NCBI GenBank assembly: GCA_029856145.1
Contig: JAHQWK010000016.1
Location: 91,264-155,263 of the forward strand
Source of the DNA: Promethearchaeia archaeon
Lineage (GTDB): Archaea; Asgardarchaeota; Lokiarchaeia; Sigyniarchaeales; SOKP01
Reading direction: 5' to 3'
DNA length: 64,000 nt
Both the position numbers and the translations under genes were made by a program. This document shows, piece after piece, positions 50,934-60,261 of this stretch. The number at the start of each line of letters is the position of its first letter. Within the stretch, counting starts at the first letter, position 1. The notes below the pieces were generated by a model. That model did not search any database. It had not been told where the DNA came from and was given only the letters and a program-made list of their open reading frames with translations.

Positions 50934-52361
50934 CCTTTTGTGGTATTCTTCTAAACTTGTTTGATCTAAAGGATTCTCATTTAAGAAAATGAAATTTAGA
51001 TTGTTGAGATTTTCAATGCTTTTTTTTCTAAATTCTGAAATGTTATTTCTTCCAAGATGTAACATAATTATACTACGTAAACTATCCAAATTTTCTAACT
51101 TTTTTATGTTATTATTATCTAAATATAATTCTTGTAATTCTAATAGATTCTGAAGACCTTCCAATTTTCTGATTTTATTATTTGAGAGTTCTAATTTTTT
51201 TAAATTTAACAAATTCTCAAGAGACTCAATTCTTTCAATTAAATTATTTGATAGATATAGTCCCTTCATATTTTCAAGCAGTAATAAACCCTCCATTTTA
51301 GAAATTTTATTATTATTAAGATATAACCACATTAAATTTTCTAAATTTTGAAGGGCCGTTATTTTCTCGATTTTATTAAAAGAGAGATTTAGTCTTTTTA
51401 ATTGAATTAAACTATCAAGATTTACTATTTTATAAATCTGATTACGACTCAAATCTAAAACCTCTAAATTACTTAAATTACTTAGATTTTCGATTTCTCC
51501 TATGAAATTTTGGTTCAATAATAATTTCTTTAAATTCTTTAAGGATTCAACACCCTCAATTTTTTGAATTTTATTATTTGATAAATTTAATTCTTCTAAC
51601 TGCTCTAATCCGTTTAAATTTTCAATTTTTTCTAATTTATTATGAGATACATCCAAAGTTCGTAATTTCTTTAGAATCTGAATCCCATCTAGAGATAAAA
51701 TATTATTTCGATGTAAATGAAGATGTTCTAAATTTTCCAACCAATTTATTGAATTAATATCAGAGATTTTGGTTAAATTAGAACTCTCGCAATTCAATGA
51801 GATAAGTTTACCTTTTCTCAAGCTGACGTGATAACCACATTTAATTGTATAATAACTATTTAAAATAACGTTTATACAGATGTCTAGAAACAATTTAGGA
51901 ATAGCTTCGCTATAATCATAATTAAAAATTTCTTTTGGGAATTCTTTTATTCGCGCTTCAAATTCCTTTTTTATCAATTCCTTGAGATATTCTACTAATA
52001 TTTTTCTTGCTTTCACGTTTTTTATTAAATTTAAAGTCATAATAGCATATATTCGTTGTTCTACATTATCCAATTTCCTCAATGCATAATTTAGTAAAGG
52101 AATTAGTTTCTTTTTATGAGAATACTTTTCTTTCAATATATCTCCCGCTATTAATCTAATCTTTATATCTTCGTCTGAAAGAAATAGATGCTCGAAGAAT
52201 TTGAAATTCTTACCCTCATCAATTAATCCATAATTTAAGAGAGCATTTTGACGTAATGTTGGATCACTGGAACTATCGATCCACTCTCTTAAAAGAGTTA
52301 ATCCTTCTTTTTTTCCAATTTCTTCTAAGTTTTCTTTAATATAATTGGGTTTTAATTCCAT
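50919..52361 (-). CDS. Leucine-rich repeat protein (SDS22-like) with N-terminal HEAT-like helices
   Basis: About 12 tandem 22-aa repeats LxxLxxLxLxxNxIxxIxx. Confidence 0.9.
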   Translation of the reverse strand: MELKPNYIKENLEEIGKKEGLTLLREWIDSSSDPTLRQNALLNYGLIDEGKNFKFFEHLFLSDEDIKIRLIAGDILKEKYSHKKKLIPLLNYALRKLDNVEQRIYAIMTLNLIKNVKARKILVEYLKELIKKEFEARIKEFPKEIFNYDYSEAIPKLFLDICINVILNSYYTIKCGYHVSLRKGKLISLNCESSNLTKISDINSINWLENLEHLHLHRNNILSLDGIQILKKLRTLDVSHNKLEKIENLNGLEQLEELNLSNNKIQKIEGVESLKNLKKLLLNQNFIGEIENLSNLSNLEVLDLSRNQIYKIVNLDSLIQLKRLNLSFNKIEKITALQNLENLMWLYLNNNKISKMEGLLLLENMKGLYLSNNLIERIESLENLLNLKKLELSNNKIRKLEGLQNLLELQELYLDNNNIKKLENLDSLRSIIMLHLGRNNISEFRKKSIENLNNLNFIFLNENPLDQTSLEEYHKRLKFP

Positions 52362-52485
52362 TTTGTATAGGTATAAATCCTAAATTTTTCGACATTACCT
52401 TAATTAATCACATATGATAGAATAAGTTTAAATCTAATCTGTAAGACAACAATAAAAAAAATATCAAATTTTCTTAAAAATATGT

Positions 52486-54189
52486 TTAGAGTTTATAGGA
52501 TTTTATGTTAATATTGGCTTCTTTAAAAATCTTTAATAATTCTTCTCCATGAAGGAAATATTTTTTATCAATCCTTTTTATACCGTGTCTCCAGAATTGA
52601 TCAATTTTAAACTTTTCGAAATCAAATCCCTTTAAAGAGATAATGAATAATTCAAACTTCGGCAAAGCTTCTAATTTTCTTGAAGTTCTCTTGAATTCGG
52701 AAATTAAATAATTTGCTAATATAGATGCTTTTAATATGAAACACTTATAATCTTCTTTACTCATTTTTTTATTAATATATTTACACTCTCCAAGACAATA
52801 ATATGGAATACCATTTTTTCTTTTCTCTCCATATAAATCTATTTCAATACTTTTTGTACTTTTATCTTTTATACAAATATGACTATACAATAAAGCGCAT
52901 TCATCATCTGAGATATTAACATTATAACTATCGTGGTTCATTTCATATTTAAAAATCCTCTCACACATAATCCTTGAATCTTGTTCAAGTTTTGGACCTT
53001 TAATTTCATCAATAATTTCTTGCTTTTTCTTAAGTCCTTTGTGTAATTCTTGAATCTTGGTTTCTTTTTCTTTCAAAATTATTTCCTTTCTATGTAAAAG
53101 ATCTTCTAATCCTTGAGTATTTTTATGATCTATTTCAGAACTTTTTATTTGATTCTTAAATAACTCCATTATATTTCTAAATGTTTTATCAGATAATTCA
53201 TCTTCAAATTCATTTTTAAGAGCTTTCAAGAAATCTTCTTTCGATTTCACTTTCAGAATTTGTTTAGAGTTAGGAAACAATTTTTCTCTGTTATCCATGT
53301 ATTTATCAAGTATACCATCTAAAAATCTTGCTTGTACATTCTTAAAGAATAATTTAGAAATTTTAGATAAAATATCCAAGGATATGTTTTCTAATTTAGA
53401 TTTTTTAATATCTATATTATATTCATTATTATACTGCTCGATTATTTCTTCAAACACCTTTTTAGCTATGACACTGGCAACAGCGACTTCAACTTCACTT
53501 TCACCCTTAGATTTTTGGATAATTTTAATATTAGGATTTTTTTGATATTTTCTTAATCTATTATCTAATTTTAAAAAATCAAATTTATCTATAACAACCC
53601 TAATTTTGTTATTTTCAGTATCAAGGTTGTCTAAAATATCAAAAATAACTCTTGCATGTGTCCAAGCTAATATATCGTTATAATTTTTACCCTCATTCGA
53701 GAATTCAATCCACATTTGTGAGAGTTTTTCAGGATTTAAAATAAGACTTTTACGTTTAACTAAGTTCTCTAATTTTGAAAATAAATCAAAGATAGTTCTT
53801 CTAGTAAGAGATTTACTGTCCTTAAAGCCCTCAAACTGATATTTTATAAGATCTTTAGGTTTTAAACAAACAGCAACAGTCACTAATGGCCCATACCATT
53901 CACCTTTTCCCGTTTCGTCTGAGCCAATATAGTAATCAAATTCTTTATAGCTTTTTGGGATTCTATCTTTTAATTCTCCGATAATTTTGCTTGTAATTTC
54001 TGATTCTTTAAAAACTATTGTTCCAGTATTATAGACTATTAAGAATATATCGTTTTGGGATATTCGACATAATTCCTTTTCATTTTCACTTTTTGAAAGC
54101 TCGATTCCATTCTTTTTTAATATATTTATCAAAAATTTGATCTGTTCTGGTTTTAAAGATAAAGATTTTAATTCTTTCTTACTTTTCAT
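52486..54189 (-). CDS. Ribonuclease HIII fused to a coiled coil and a C-terminal PD-(D/E)xK nuclease-like domain
   Basis: TBP-like N-domain (VYNTGTIVF), IGSDETGKGEWYGPL, KDSK, IDKF, KGES..VAVASVIAK; C-terminal IEIDLYG...LGECKY; ATG at 54189 overlaps the upstream stop. Confidence 0.8.
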   Translation of the reverse strand: MKSKKELKSLSLKPEQIKFLINILKKNGIELSKSENEKELCRISQNDIFLIVYNTGTIVFKESEITSKIIGELKDRIPKSYKEFDYYIGSDETGKGEWYGPLVTVAVCLKPKDLIKYQFEGFKDSKSLTRRTIFDLFSKLENLVKRKSLILNPEKLSQMWIEFSNEGKNYNDILAWTHARVIFDILDNLDTENNKIRVVIDKFDFLKLDNRLRKYQKNPNIKIIQKSKGESEVEVAVASVIAKKVFEEIIEQYNNEYNIDIKKSKLENISLDILSKISKLFFKNVQARFLDGILDKYMDNREKLFPNSKQILKVKSKEDFLKALKNEFEDELSDKTFRNIMELFKNQIKSSEIDHKNTQGLEDLLHRKEIILKEKETKIQELHKGLKKKQEIIDEIKGPKLEQDSRIMCERIFKYEMNHDSYNVNISDDECALLYSHICIKDKSTKSIEIDLYGEKRKNGIPYYCLGECKYINKKMSKEDYKCFILKASILANYLISEFKRTSRKLEALPKFELFIISLKGFDFEKFKIDQFWRHGIKRIDKKYFLHGEELLKIFKEANINIKSYKL

Positions 54190-54625
54190 TTTTTTTACCT
54201 TTTGTTGTAAATTCAATAAACTCATCTTCAATATGAAATAATAGCTTCTTTAATAATCGCAATTCTCCTTTATCAAATGATTTCTGGTGAGATCTAATAT
54301 CATCCCTGGTAATCTTATTAATTGATCTTCCTTTTATTGAAAACACCCAATCTTCGTTTTTCTTTTCAAATCCAAACCAAAAATCTTTTTTTTCTCCCTT
54401 ATACACATGGATAATTCTTTTATTTCCTTTGTCTTTTTCAAGAATTTCAGAAATATCACAAATTTCACTAAGATTTAAGCTTAATGTTAAACCTTCTTTA
54501 TAGGTCTCCCATTGTTGATTTCCTTTTTCTTGAATAAAGTTTAAATAAAATGAGCTAGTATTGTAATCAGATGTAATAATTAAAGCACAATTCTTACCAA
54601 AAAAAGACTTATAATGATTTTTCAT
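54179..54625 (-). CDS. Hypothetical protein, possible Whirly/PC4-like ssDNA-binding fold
   Basis: Two beta-beta-beta-beta-alpha-like halves ending in LSLNLSEI and SFDKGELRLL. Confidence 0.45.
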   Translation of the reverse strand: MKNHYKSFFGKNCALIITSDYNTSSFYLNFIQEKGNQQWETYKEGLTLSLNLSEICDISEILEKDKGNKRIIHVYKGEKKDFWFGFEKKNEDWVFSIKGRSINKITRDDIRSHQKSFDKGELRLLKKLLFHIEDEFIEFTTKGKKNEK

Positions 54626-54795
54626 TGAGAAACACAAAATTTCTATCTTTTAGCTTCTTATTTATAACTTTGATATTTTTGTATATAAGATTTATTCTAT
54701 ATTTCTCGGTTTCTCTATCTTAATCTTAATTGTATTTAATGAATAATTTTATTTGAAAAGTTGAAACCCACATTGGGTGCAAACAGGTACCTACT

Positions 54796-55374
54796 TTAAC
54801 TTGCCTTTTTAATTATATTAGGTTCTAGAACTCTTACTACCAAATATCCATATCGTCTATTTTCTTTTATTGTTCCAGATAATCGGACTACATTCCCTAT
54901 ATTTAAATTTAAAGGATAAAAAGTCTTATCACTCAACCGAATAACCAAGTTTGTCATGGATTTTTTTTGCATAATAGTATCTTGACCTTCTGTACTAAAA
55001 AACCTAGTTAATGAAGTTTGCTTATCAGCCTCTTCTAGTTTTGGACCTAATAATACATCCTTAAGTGTAATAATAAAATACTCAGTATACTTGTCTCCAT
55101 ATCTAGAAGTTTTACGCTCCATAAACTCTACTGTTCCTTTGTAGATAATAACACGTCTCTTAATATAATATTTTAAAAATTCATCTAAGACTTGCATTTT
55201 CCTTGTTGGCTTAAGAAGGTTAAGTCTATTATCTTCTTTAAGCTCTTTATCAACCACTCTTACGTTATAACTTAAATCTTCTAACATTAAATCGAATTGA
55301 TCATTTTCAAAGGCTTTAATACAATATTCTAAATCTTGAGTTAGAATTTCGACATTTTTTCTCATATCTACCAT
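54796..55374 (-). CDS. OB-fold-like protein carrying a PIP box
   Basis: KGTVEFMERKTSRYG..YFIITLKD...LNIGNVVRLSGTIKE OB pattern; QTSLTRFF at 54997-55020. Confidence 0.55.
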   Translation of the reverse strand: MVDMRKNVEILTQDLEYCIKAFENDQFDLMLEDLSYNVRVVDKELKEDNRLNLLKPTRKMQVLDEFLKYYIKRRVIIYKGTVEFMERKTSRYGDKYTEYFIITLKDVLLGPKLEEADKQTSLTRFFSTEGQDTIMQKKSMTNLVIRLSDKTFYPLNLNIGNVVRLSGTIKENRRYGYLVVRVLEPNIIKKAS

Positions 55375-55590
55375 TAGGTAATTATTTTTTAAATTTTTAA
55401 ATTTCTCTTTTAGTAATTAGATCAAGATTGAAGAATTGCTTTTCATTATTGATCTTTATTTAATAAGTCTCAATCAATCTTCGTGAAATTTGCGTTCATA
55501 AATGAAGACGATATATCTAGATAATACTAAGGTGCTATTAAGATAATATAATGAATGTTCTTAATTTTTCTTGCCATTATTATCTTTAAA

Positions 55591-58263
55591 TTATGGCAAA
55601 GATATTTCGATCTCTTGGGGGCTACCTCTTGAATCAAATTTCATTTTACCAAAATAGGTAGAAATCTCACCCGTATTCGATTCAGGTTCAAATTTATATT
55701 TACCAGTTGACCAACCATTTAAAACTTTATTTTTTATAGTTTCATCAGTCATATATGCAAATTCATCTAGTTCTTTCAATTTTGTAAATAATTTCTTGGA
55801 ATTTTTCAACATATCTGAAAAATAGACATCATAAATTAATTCAGAAGTGCCACTTTTTAGGGATTCACATAAATCAATGGATTCAGGATAAGATAAATCA
55901 TCTTCGTGATTTATATGAATTATTGTATTCCTTAGACCTCTATCATCATTAAATAATCTATCATATGTTTCCTCTCGTATATAATAGTTTCCTTTTAATA
56001 TATTAAGGACTGTGCTTAAACCATATTTTTTTAAAGGTATACCTTCTACAATATCTGGTTCCCTTGTTACAAGAACCTTTTTGCAAATATCTTCAAATTC
56101 AATCGCTAAATTTCTCATAGGAGATTTAATTTGTTTTTGAGCTAAGTTTGATAAAGTTTCTTTTATGGAATCTAAAGATGTAATTACCTCATCAGCATTT
56201 ATAATTTTACCAAGATAAAGTTCTGGATTTTCAGCATATTTTTCAAATTGGAGCTGTATATCCTCTTTCGATTCGTAAGTAGAAGCAGCTTTCTTAATAT
56301 CTTCCTGCTCGAAATACACTAATTTATTTAACCAAATTAGGTGATCTGATTTTTGGATAATCCTTTCTTGCTCTTTAAATTCTTCTTTGTATGTACTTAT
56401 CCCGCGCTTTTCTAAATTAAAATATACTAAGTAATTTATATAATTAAACCATTCAATAAATTGTTTAAACTCTTTAACATTCACTTTTCCTGCTAATCTA
56501 TCTATAATATTTTTAAACTTTTCAATTCCTTCTTTCGGACGATTTATGTATATTAAATTCCATGCATGTAAATAGTCTTGATATATATCTTCAATAATTG
56601 CACTTTCTTTCTCAAATGGAGTTTTGATATTATAGGGTTTTAATAAAAAGTCATCATAATTATTATGAATTGATACTCCTTTATCCAAAAAATCACGTGC
56701 AACCTCGAGCGTTTTTTCAAAATTTAATTTATCTGAAATGGTATACGAAAAATCAATTCTTTTCTGATATTTTAAAGGAAATAATCTAAATAAGTTATCG
56801 CGTTTACTAAAATTGTCAAAAAGCTGAGGATCTAAAATATATACACAAGATATATCATTTTCACTTCTATTCACACGACCAAACGCCTGAATGAGTCTTC
56901 TTGCAAATAATTGTTTATAATAATATTCATCTTTTTTATAATCAAGTAATATGTTATCAAATGGTCTTAAATACGAAGGTAAGCGTGTGATAATACATAT
57001 ATCGCATGCATTTTCGAAAAGATCTATACCAAAATAACGATTTGCAACCAGTAATACGCCCTTGCTTGCTTTAGAAAATTCCTCGAATATTCTTTCATTT
57101 TTTCCATTAAAATCAAAAATTGCAGTTGAGTCCTTGATTTTTTTGATAATCTTCTCTTTCTCTTTTGTTTGCCAACACAGTATTAAAATTTTCTTGAATT
57201 TTAAAACGAGTTGTTTAATATAATTCAGAGAGATATTTACAAAATCATTTGTTAAAGGACTGACTTCGCATAGATCTGTTTCTCTTAAAGGAAAAATTAA
57301 TTGCTTACCTGTATTTACTTCTATACCAAGGTTGTTAAAATCTTTTTCAGATATAACTTTAAGTTTTCGATTACCTAATCCCATTTCTAAAGTAAATCTA
57401 GCATCCATGCCCAGAGTTGCACTGAGAGCAATTATTTTATCAATTTTTTCAAATTTTAGATAGCTATTCTGCCATGTCTTTAATTGCACTACGGGGGGAA
57501 TGTAAGGTTCTATTATTAATTCGTTTTTGTTTATGTACCAAAAATAGAAATCCATATAGTCTCGGCTTTGGGTAAAAGGATATCTAAAATCATAGTCTCT
57601 ATTTAAGATGTCTATATTTTCATTTACAATCTTTAAAATTTCTTCATAAGTATAAGGAAAAATAAGATCTCCTTCATGAAATTGCGCAGTGTTGTTCTTT
57701 ATTTTCTCGATTATGCTATATTCTTTATTTGATAGTAAACCAATTATTCTATCATAAATTGGTTTTGTTTCTCCAGAGTTTTTCATCCTTATCGAAAAGT
57801 AATCTCTAACCTTTTCATAAAAGATATCAATATCATCAATAATTAAAATATCAATCTCTTCAGGAAAGTCCCGAGTTTTTAAGAAAGCATCATGATTTGA
57901 GATAAGAATTTTTTCTCCTTTATTAAATTCTATGAGATCATCTTGTCTTTGTTTATATTTATCTCCAATAACATTAGTTGCTCCTCCAAATTTTGCATAT
58001 TTCAGGTCTAATTTTTTAACCTCTTCTTCGATTCTATGCATTAATTGAGAAGTGTGAGTAAGATAAACACATTTTTTATTTTTTTTGATACCCTCAGCTA
58101 TAATTAGAAGTGCAATTAATGTTTTACCACTACCAGTACTCATTTGTAAACCAATAAGATCTTTATTAGCGCATTTACTCCAAAATTGATCAAAATTTTC
58201 TTGCCAGGGTCTTAACCCAGGAAAAGATCTATTGATTTCTTCAAATATTTTTTTTAAGCTCAT
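55591..58263 (-). CDS. SF2 helicase (DinG/XPD-like) fused to a C-terminal HEPN domain
   Basis: Q motif LRPWQ, STGSGKT, Walker B IIDDID, SAT, GIDL, RLP, QAFGRVNR...D; HEPN RNTIIH at 55915-55932. Confidence 0.8.
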   Translation of the reverse strand: MSLKKIFEEINRSFPGLRPWQENFDQFWSKCANKDLIGLQMSTGSGKTLIALLIIAEGIKKNKKCVYLTHTSQLMHRIEEEVKKLDLKYAKFGGATNVIGDKYKQRQDDLIEFNKGEKILISNHDAFLKTRDFPEEIDILIIDDIDIFYEKVRDYFSIRMKNSGETKPIYDRIIGLLSNKEYSIIEKIKNNTAQFHEGDLIFPYTYEEILKIVNENIDILNRDYDFRYPFTQSRDYMDFYFWYINKNELIIEPYIPPVVQLKTWQNSYLKFEKIDKIIALSATLGMDARFTLEMGLGNRKLKVISEKDFNNLGIEVNTGKQLIFPLRETDLCEVSPLTNDFVNISLNYIKQLVLKFKKILILCWQTKEKEKIIKKIKDSTAIFDFNGKNERIFEEFSKASKGVLLVANRYFGIDLFENACDICIITRLPSYLRPFDNILLDYKKDEYYYKQLFARRLIQAFGRVNRSENDISCVYILDPQLFDNFSKRDNLFRLFPLKYQKRIDFSYTISDKLNFEKTLEVARDFLDKGVSIHNNYDDFLLKPYNIKTPFEKESAIIEDIYQDYLHAWNLIYINRPKEGIEKFKNIIDRLAGKVNVKEFKQFIEWFNYINYLVYFNLEKRGISTYKEEFKEQERIIQKSDHLIWLNKLVYFEQEDIKKAASTYESKEDIQLQFEKYAENPELYLGKIINADEVITSLDSIKETLSNLAQKQIKSPMRNLAIEFEDICKKVLVTREPDIVEGIPLKKYGLSTVLNILKGNYYIREETYDRLFNDDRGLRNTIIHINHEDDLSYPESIDLCESLKSGTSELIYDVYFSDMLKNSKKLFTKLKELDEFAYMTDETIKNKVLNGWSTGKYKFEPESNTGEISTYFGKMKFDSRGSPQEIEISLP

Positions 58264-58638
58264 CTCTAATCAAATCACTTAATTTAAATAAGTATAAATG
58301 TTTATGGTTTTATGACCAATAAAATAACCGCCGAATTAGTGTTTACTTGACTTAAATCGATGATTGAGAGTTTAATTTTTCTTTGGTAACTTATTTGAAT
58401 AGAATAACAAAGAATAACATAATTCATGTTATAATATATTAATGCATGAGAATCCTTTCACTAATAATTAGTTCATTAAAATCTCATTTTATGTATATAA
58501 ATGTTATTACATTGTTTTACAAATTTGCAATATTATTTGGATATTACATTATTCTAATTAATATTAAATACATAATTAATTAAATCTCTCCAACTTTTTA
58601 TCCCAAAATTATTCCATTTCCCCTGATACAATGCTTTT

Positions 58639-60138
58639 CTAATTCCAATCCCATTTTATAACAAACCCAAATAAAGATATCTTATTTTTAGTATTAATAT
58701 TTCCAGTAAATTTTTCGAAATGTTTTGCCCTATCTAGTTCCGTTTCAGCACTTAATGATGCTTTAATAATAGGAAAATTTGGTGATTCAAGAACAATACC
58801 TGCACTTAAGCTTATGTCTGGATTAAATGCTGTAAATCTCCTAAAATCCCTATATAACCTAAATGAAAAATCAATTAATTTATCCCATGAACCCACAGCA
58901 AATAAATCATCTCCTCCAGAAAATATTAAGTAAACTGAGTCAGAAAATTCAGACTGAATAAGTTTAGGGACATATCCCTCAAAAAATAATGTTAATGAAG
59001 AACTCAAAGTAGATACTCTAGAAATTGTGCTATTTTTTCCTAAACCTTTTTGAAAAACCTTCCCTAAAGAATCTACGTCCATCTTTAAAATTCCAAGTTT
59101 GTTAAAACCTGTCCTTTGATAAGCTTGAGTCGCTAATTCTTCATTTGATTTAATAAAGCTGAATTCATTAAGAGGGAATGCGATAGGGAATTGCTTATCT
59201 CCTAAACAATTCTTCAAGGATAAATTATTAATTGAATACCATTCTTTTTGATTTGTTTCCACATTTTCTTCAAGACTAATGGCTTTTTCGAATTCATTCA
59301 AAATAGTATTGTAACTCTTCACTGAATCAAATTGAATGTCTCTATAAAATTTACTAAATCTTAAATCGTCTGTTAATTCTTTAAAGCTTTTACACATTAT
59401 ACACCAATACTCATCACTGTCAGGCATTATTTCTAAAGTTCCAAACGAATTACAAATTGAGCATCGTTGAAGTTTCTTTGCAGAGCCTTCAATTGGACCA
59501 AATATTTTGGGGAAATATGCATCTTTTTCTCTTTTAATTATATCACTAAATTTTTCTCTCTTCTTTATTGAAGTTTTTTTATTAACTTCTTCCCATTTCT
59601 CGGATACGTTATATACCAGATCCTTCAAAGATAAAGGTATATAATCTAAAGCAAGATAAAGATTTGAATTAAATTGCTCAATAAATAACTTATTTATCTT
59701 TATAGAGATTTCACTAAGCTGCAACTTAAGATCATCTGAATAATGAGCTATTATATAGAAATGACCTCCTCCAGCAAATATAATATTGGCTTGTGTTAAT
59801 TCTAATTGATCAACTATATATTTAGCAAAATTCTCCGTTAGTACACCAAAGAAGAATGATCTGCCTTTTAAGGTCTTCATAGCATACTTAGATGAGATCA
59901 AATGGATAAATCGCTGGATACCTGAAAAATCTCCGTGAATGAGAGTAAAAAATTTTCGATCTTCAAAGATTTCTTTTTTCAAATCATTCTTCTTTATTTC
60001 TTCTCGATAAATATCGCCTTGAGTATATAACTCTTTGAGGATTTGACCTATTTTATTTAGTGTGTCTATCTCTTGTTCTTTGAAAGTCAAGTTCAATTTG
60101 AAATAATTATAGAGTGCTAAAGAAATAGCACATACCAT
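58639..60138 (-). CDS. cas10: Stand-alone truncated Cas10/Csm1 (Palm1, Zn finger, Palm2; no HD domain, no C-terminal domain)
   Basis: GDFSGIQRFI...LKGRSF, AGGGHF, CSIC...CIMC, KMDVDSLG, SGGDDLF (58906-58917), SLSAGI, AE..LDRAK...KNKISLFG. Confidence 0.88.
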   Translation of the reverse strand: MVCAISLALYNYFKLNLTFKEQEIDTLNKIGQILKELYTQGDIYREEIKKNDLKKEIFEDRKFFTLIHGDFSGIQRFIHLISSKYAMKTLKGRSFFFGVLTENFAKYIVDQLELTQANIIFAGGGHFYIIAHYSDDLKLQLSEISIKINKLFIEQFNSNLYLALDYIPLSLKDLVYNVSEKWEEVNKKTSIKKREKFSDIIKREKDAYFPKIFGPIEGSAKKLQRCSICNSFGTLEIMPDSDEYWCIMCKSFKELTDDLRFSKFYRDIQFDSVKSYNTILNEFEKAISLEENVETNQKEWYSINNLSLKNCLGDKQFPIAFPLNEFSFIKSNEELATQAYQRTGFNKLGILKMDVDSLGKVFQKGLGKNSTISRVSTLSSSLTLFFEGYVPKLIQSEFSDSVYLIFSGGDDLFAVGSWDKLIDFSFRLYRDFRRFTAFNPDISLSAGIVLESPNFPIIKASLSAETELDRAKHFEKFTGNINTKNKISLFGFVIKWDWN

Positions 60139-60261
60139 TTTCGAGTTTCTTTATCTAGCCAAAATCTCATAAGTACACAGTACGTATGGTGATTGGACTC
60201 ATTAAAGTCTCTTTCAGAGAAATATATTAATAATTTCTAAAAAGAAAGTGGATTTCACATC

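Noticed and set aside
50960-51760. Periodic 66-bp nucleotide similarity
   Set aside because: Explained by the 22-aa leucine-rich repeats of the encoded protein
54760-54785. GTTGAAACCCACATTGGGTGCAAAC as a lone CRISPR-repeat-like hairpin
   Set aside because: Single copy, and the reverse strand reads as a coding stub (CTQCGFQLFK*), which explains it better
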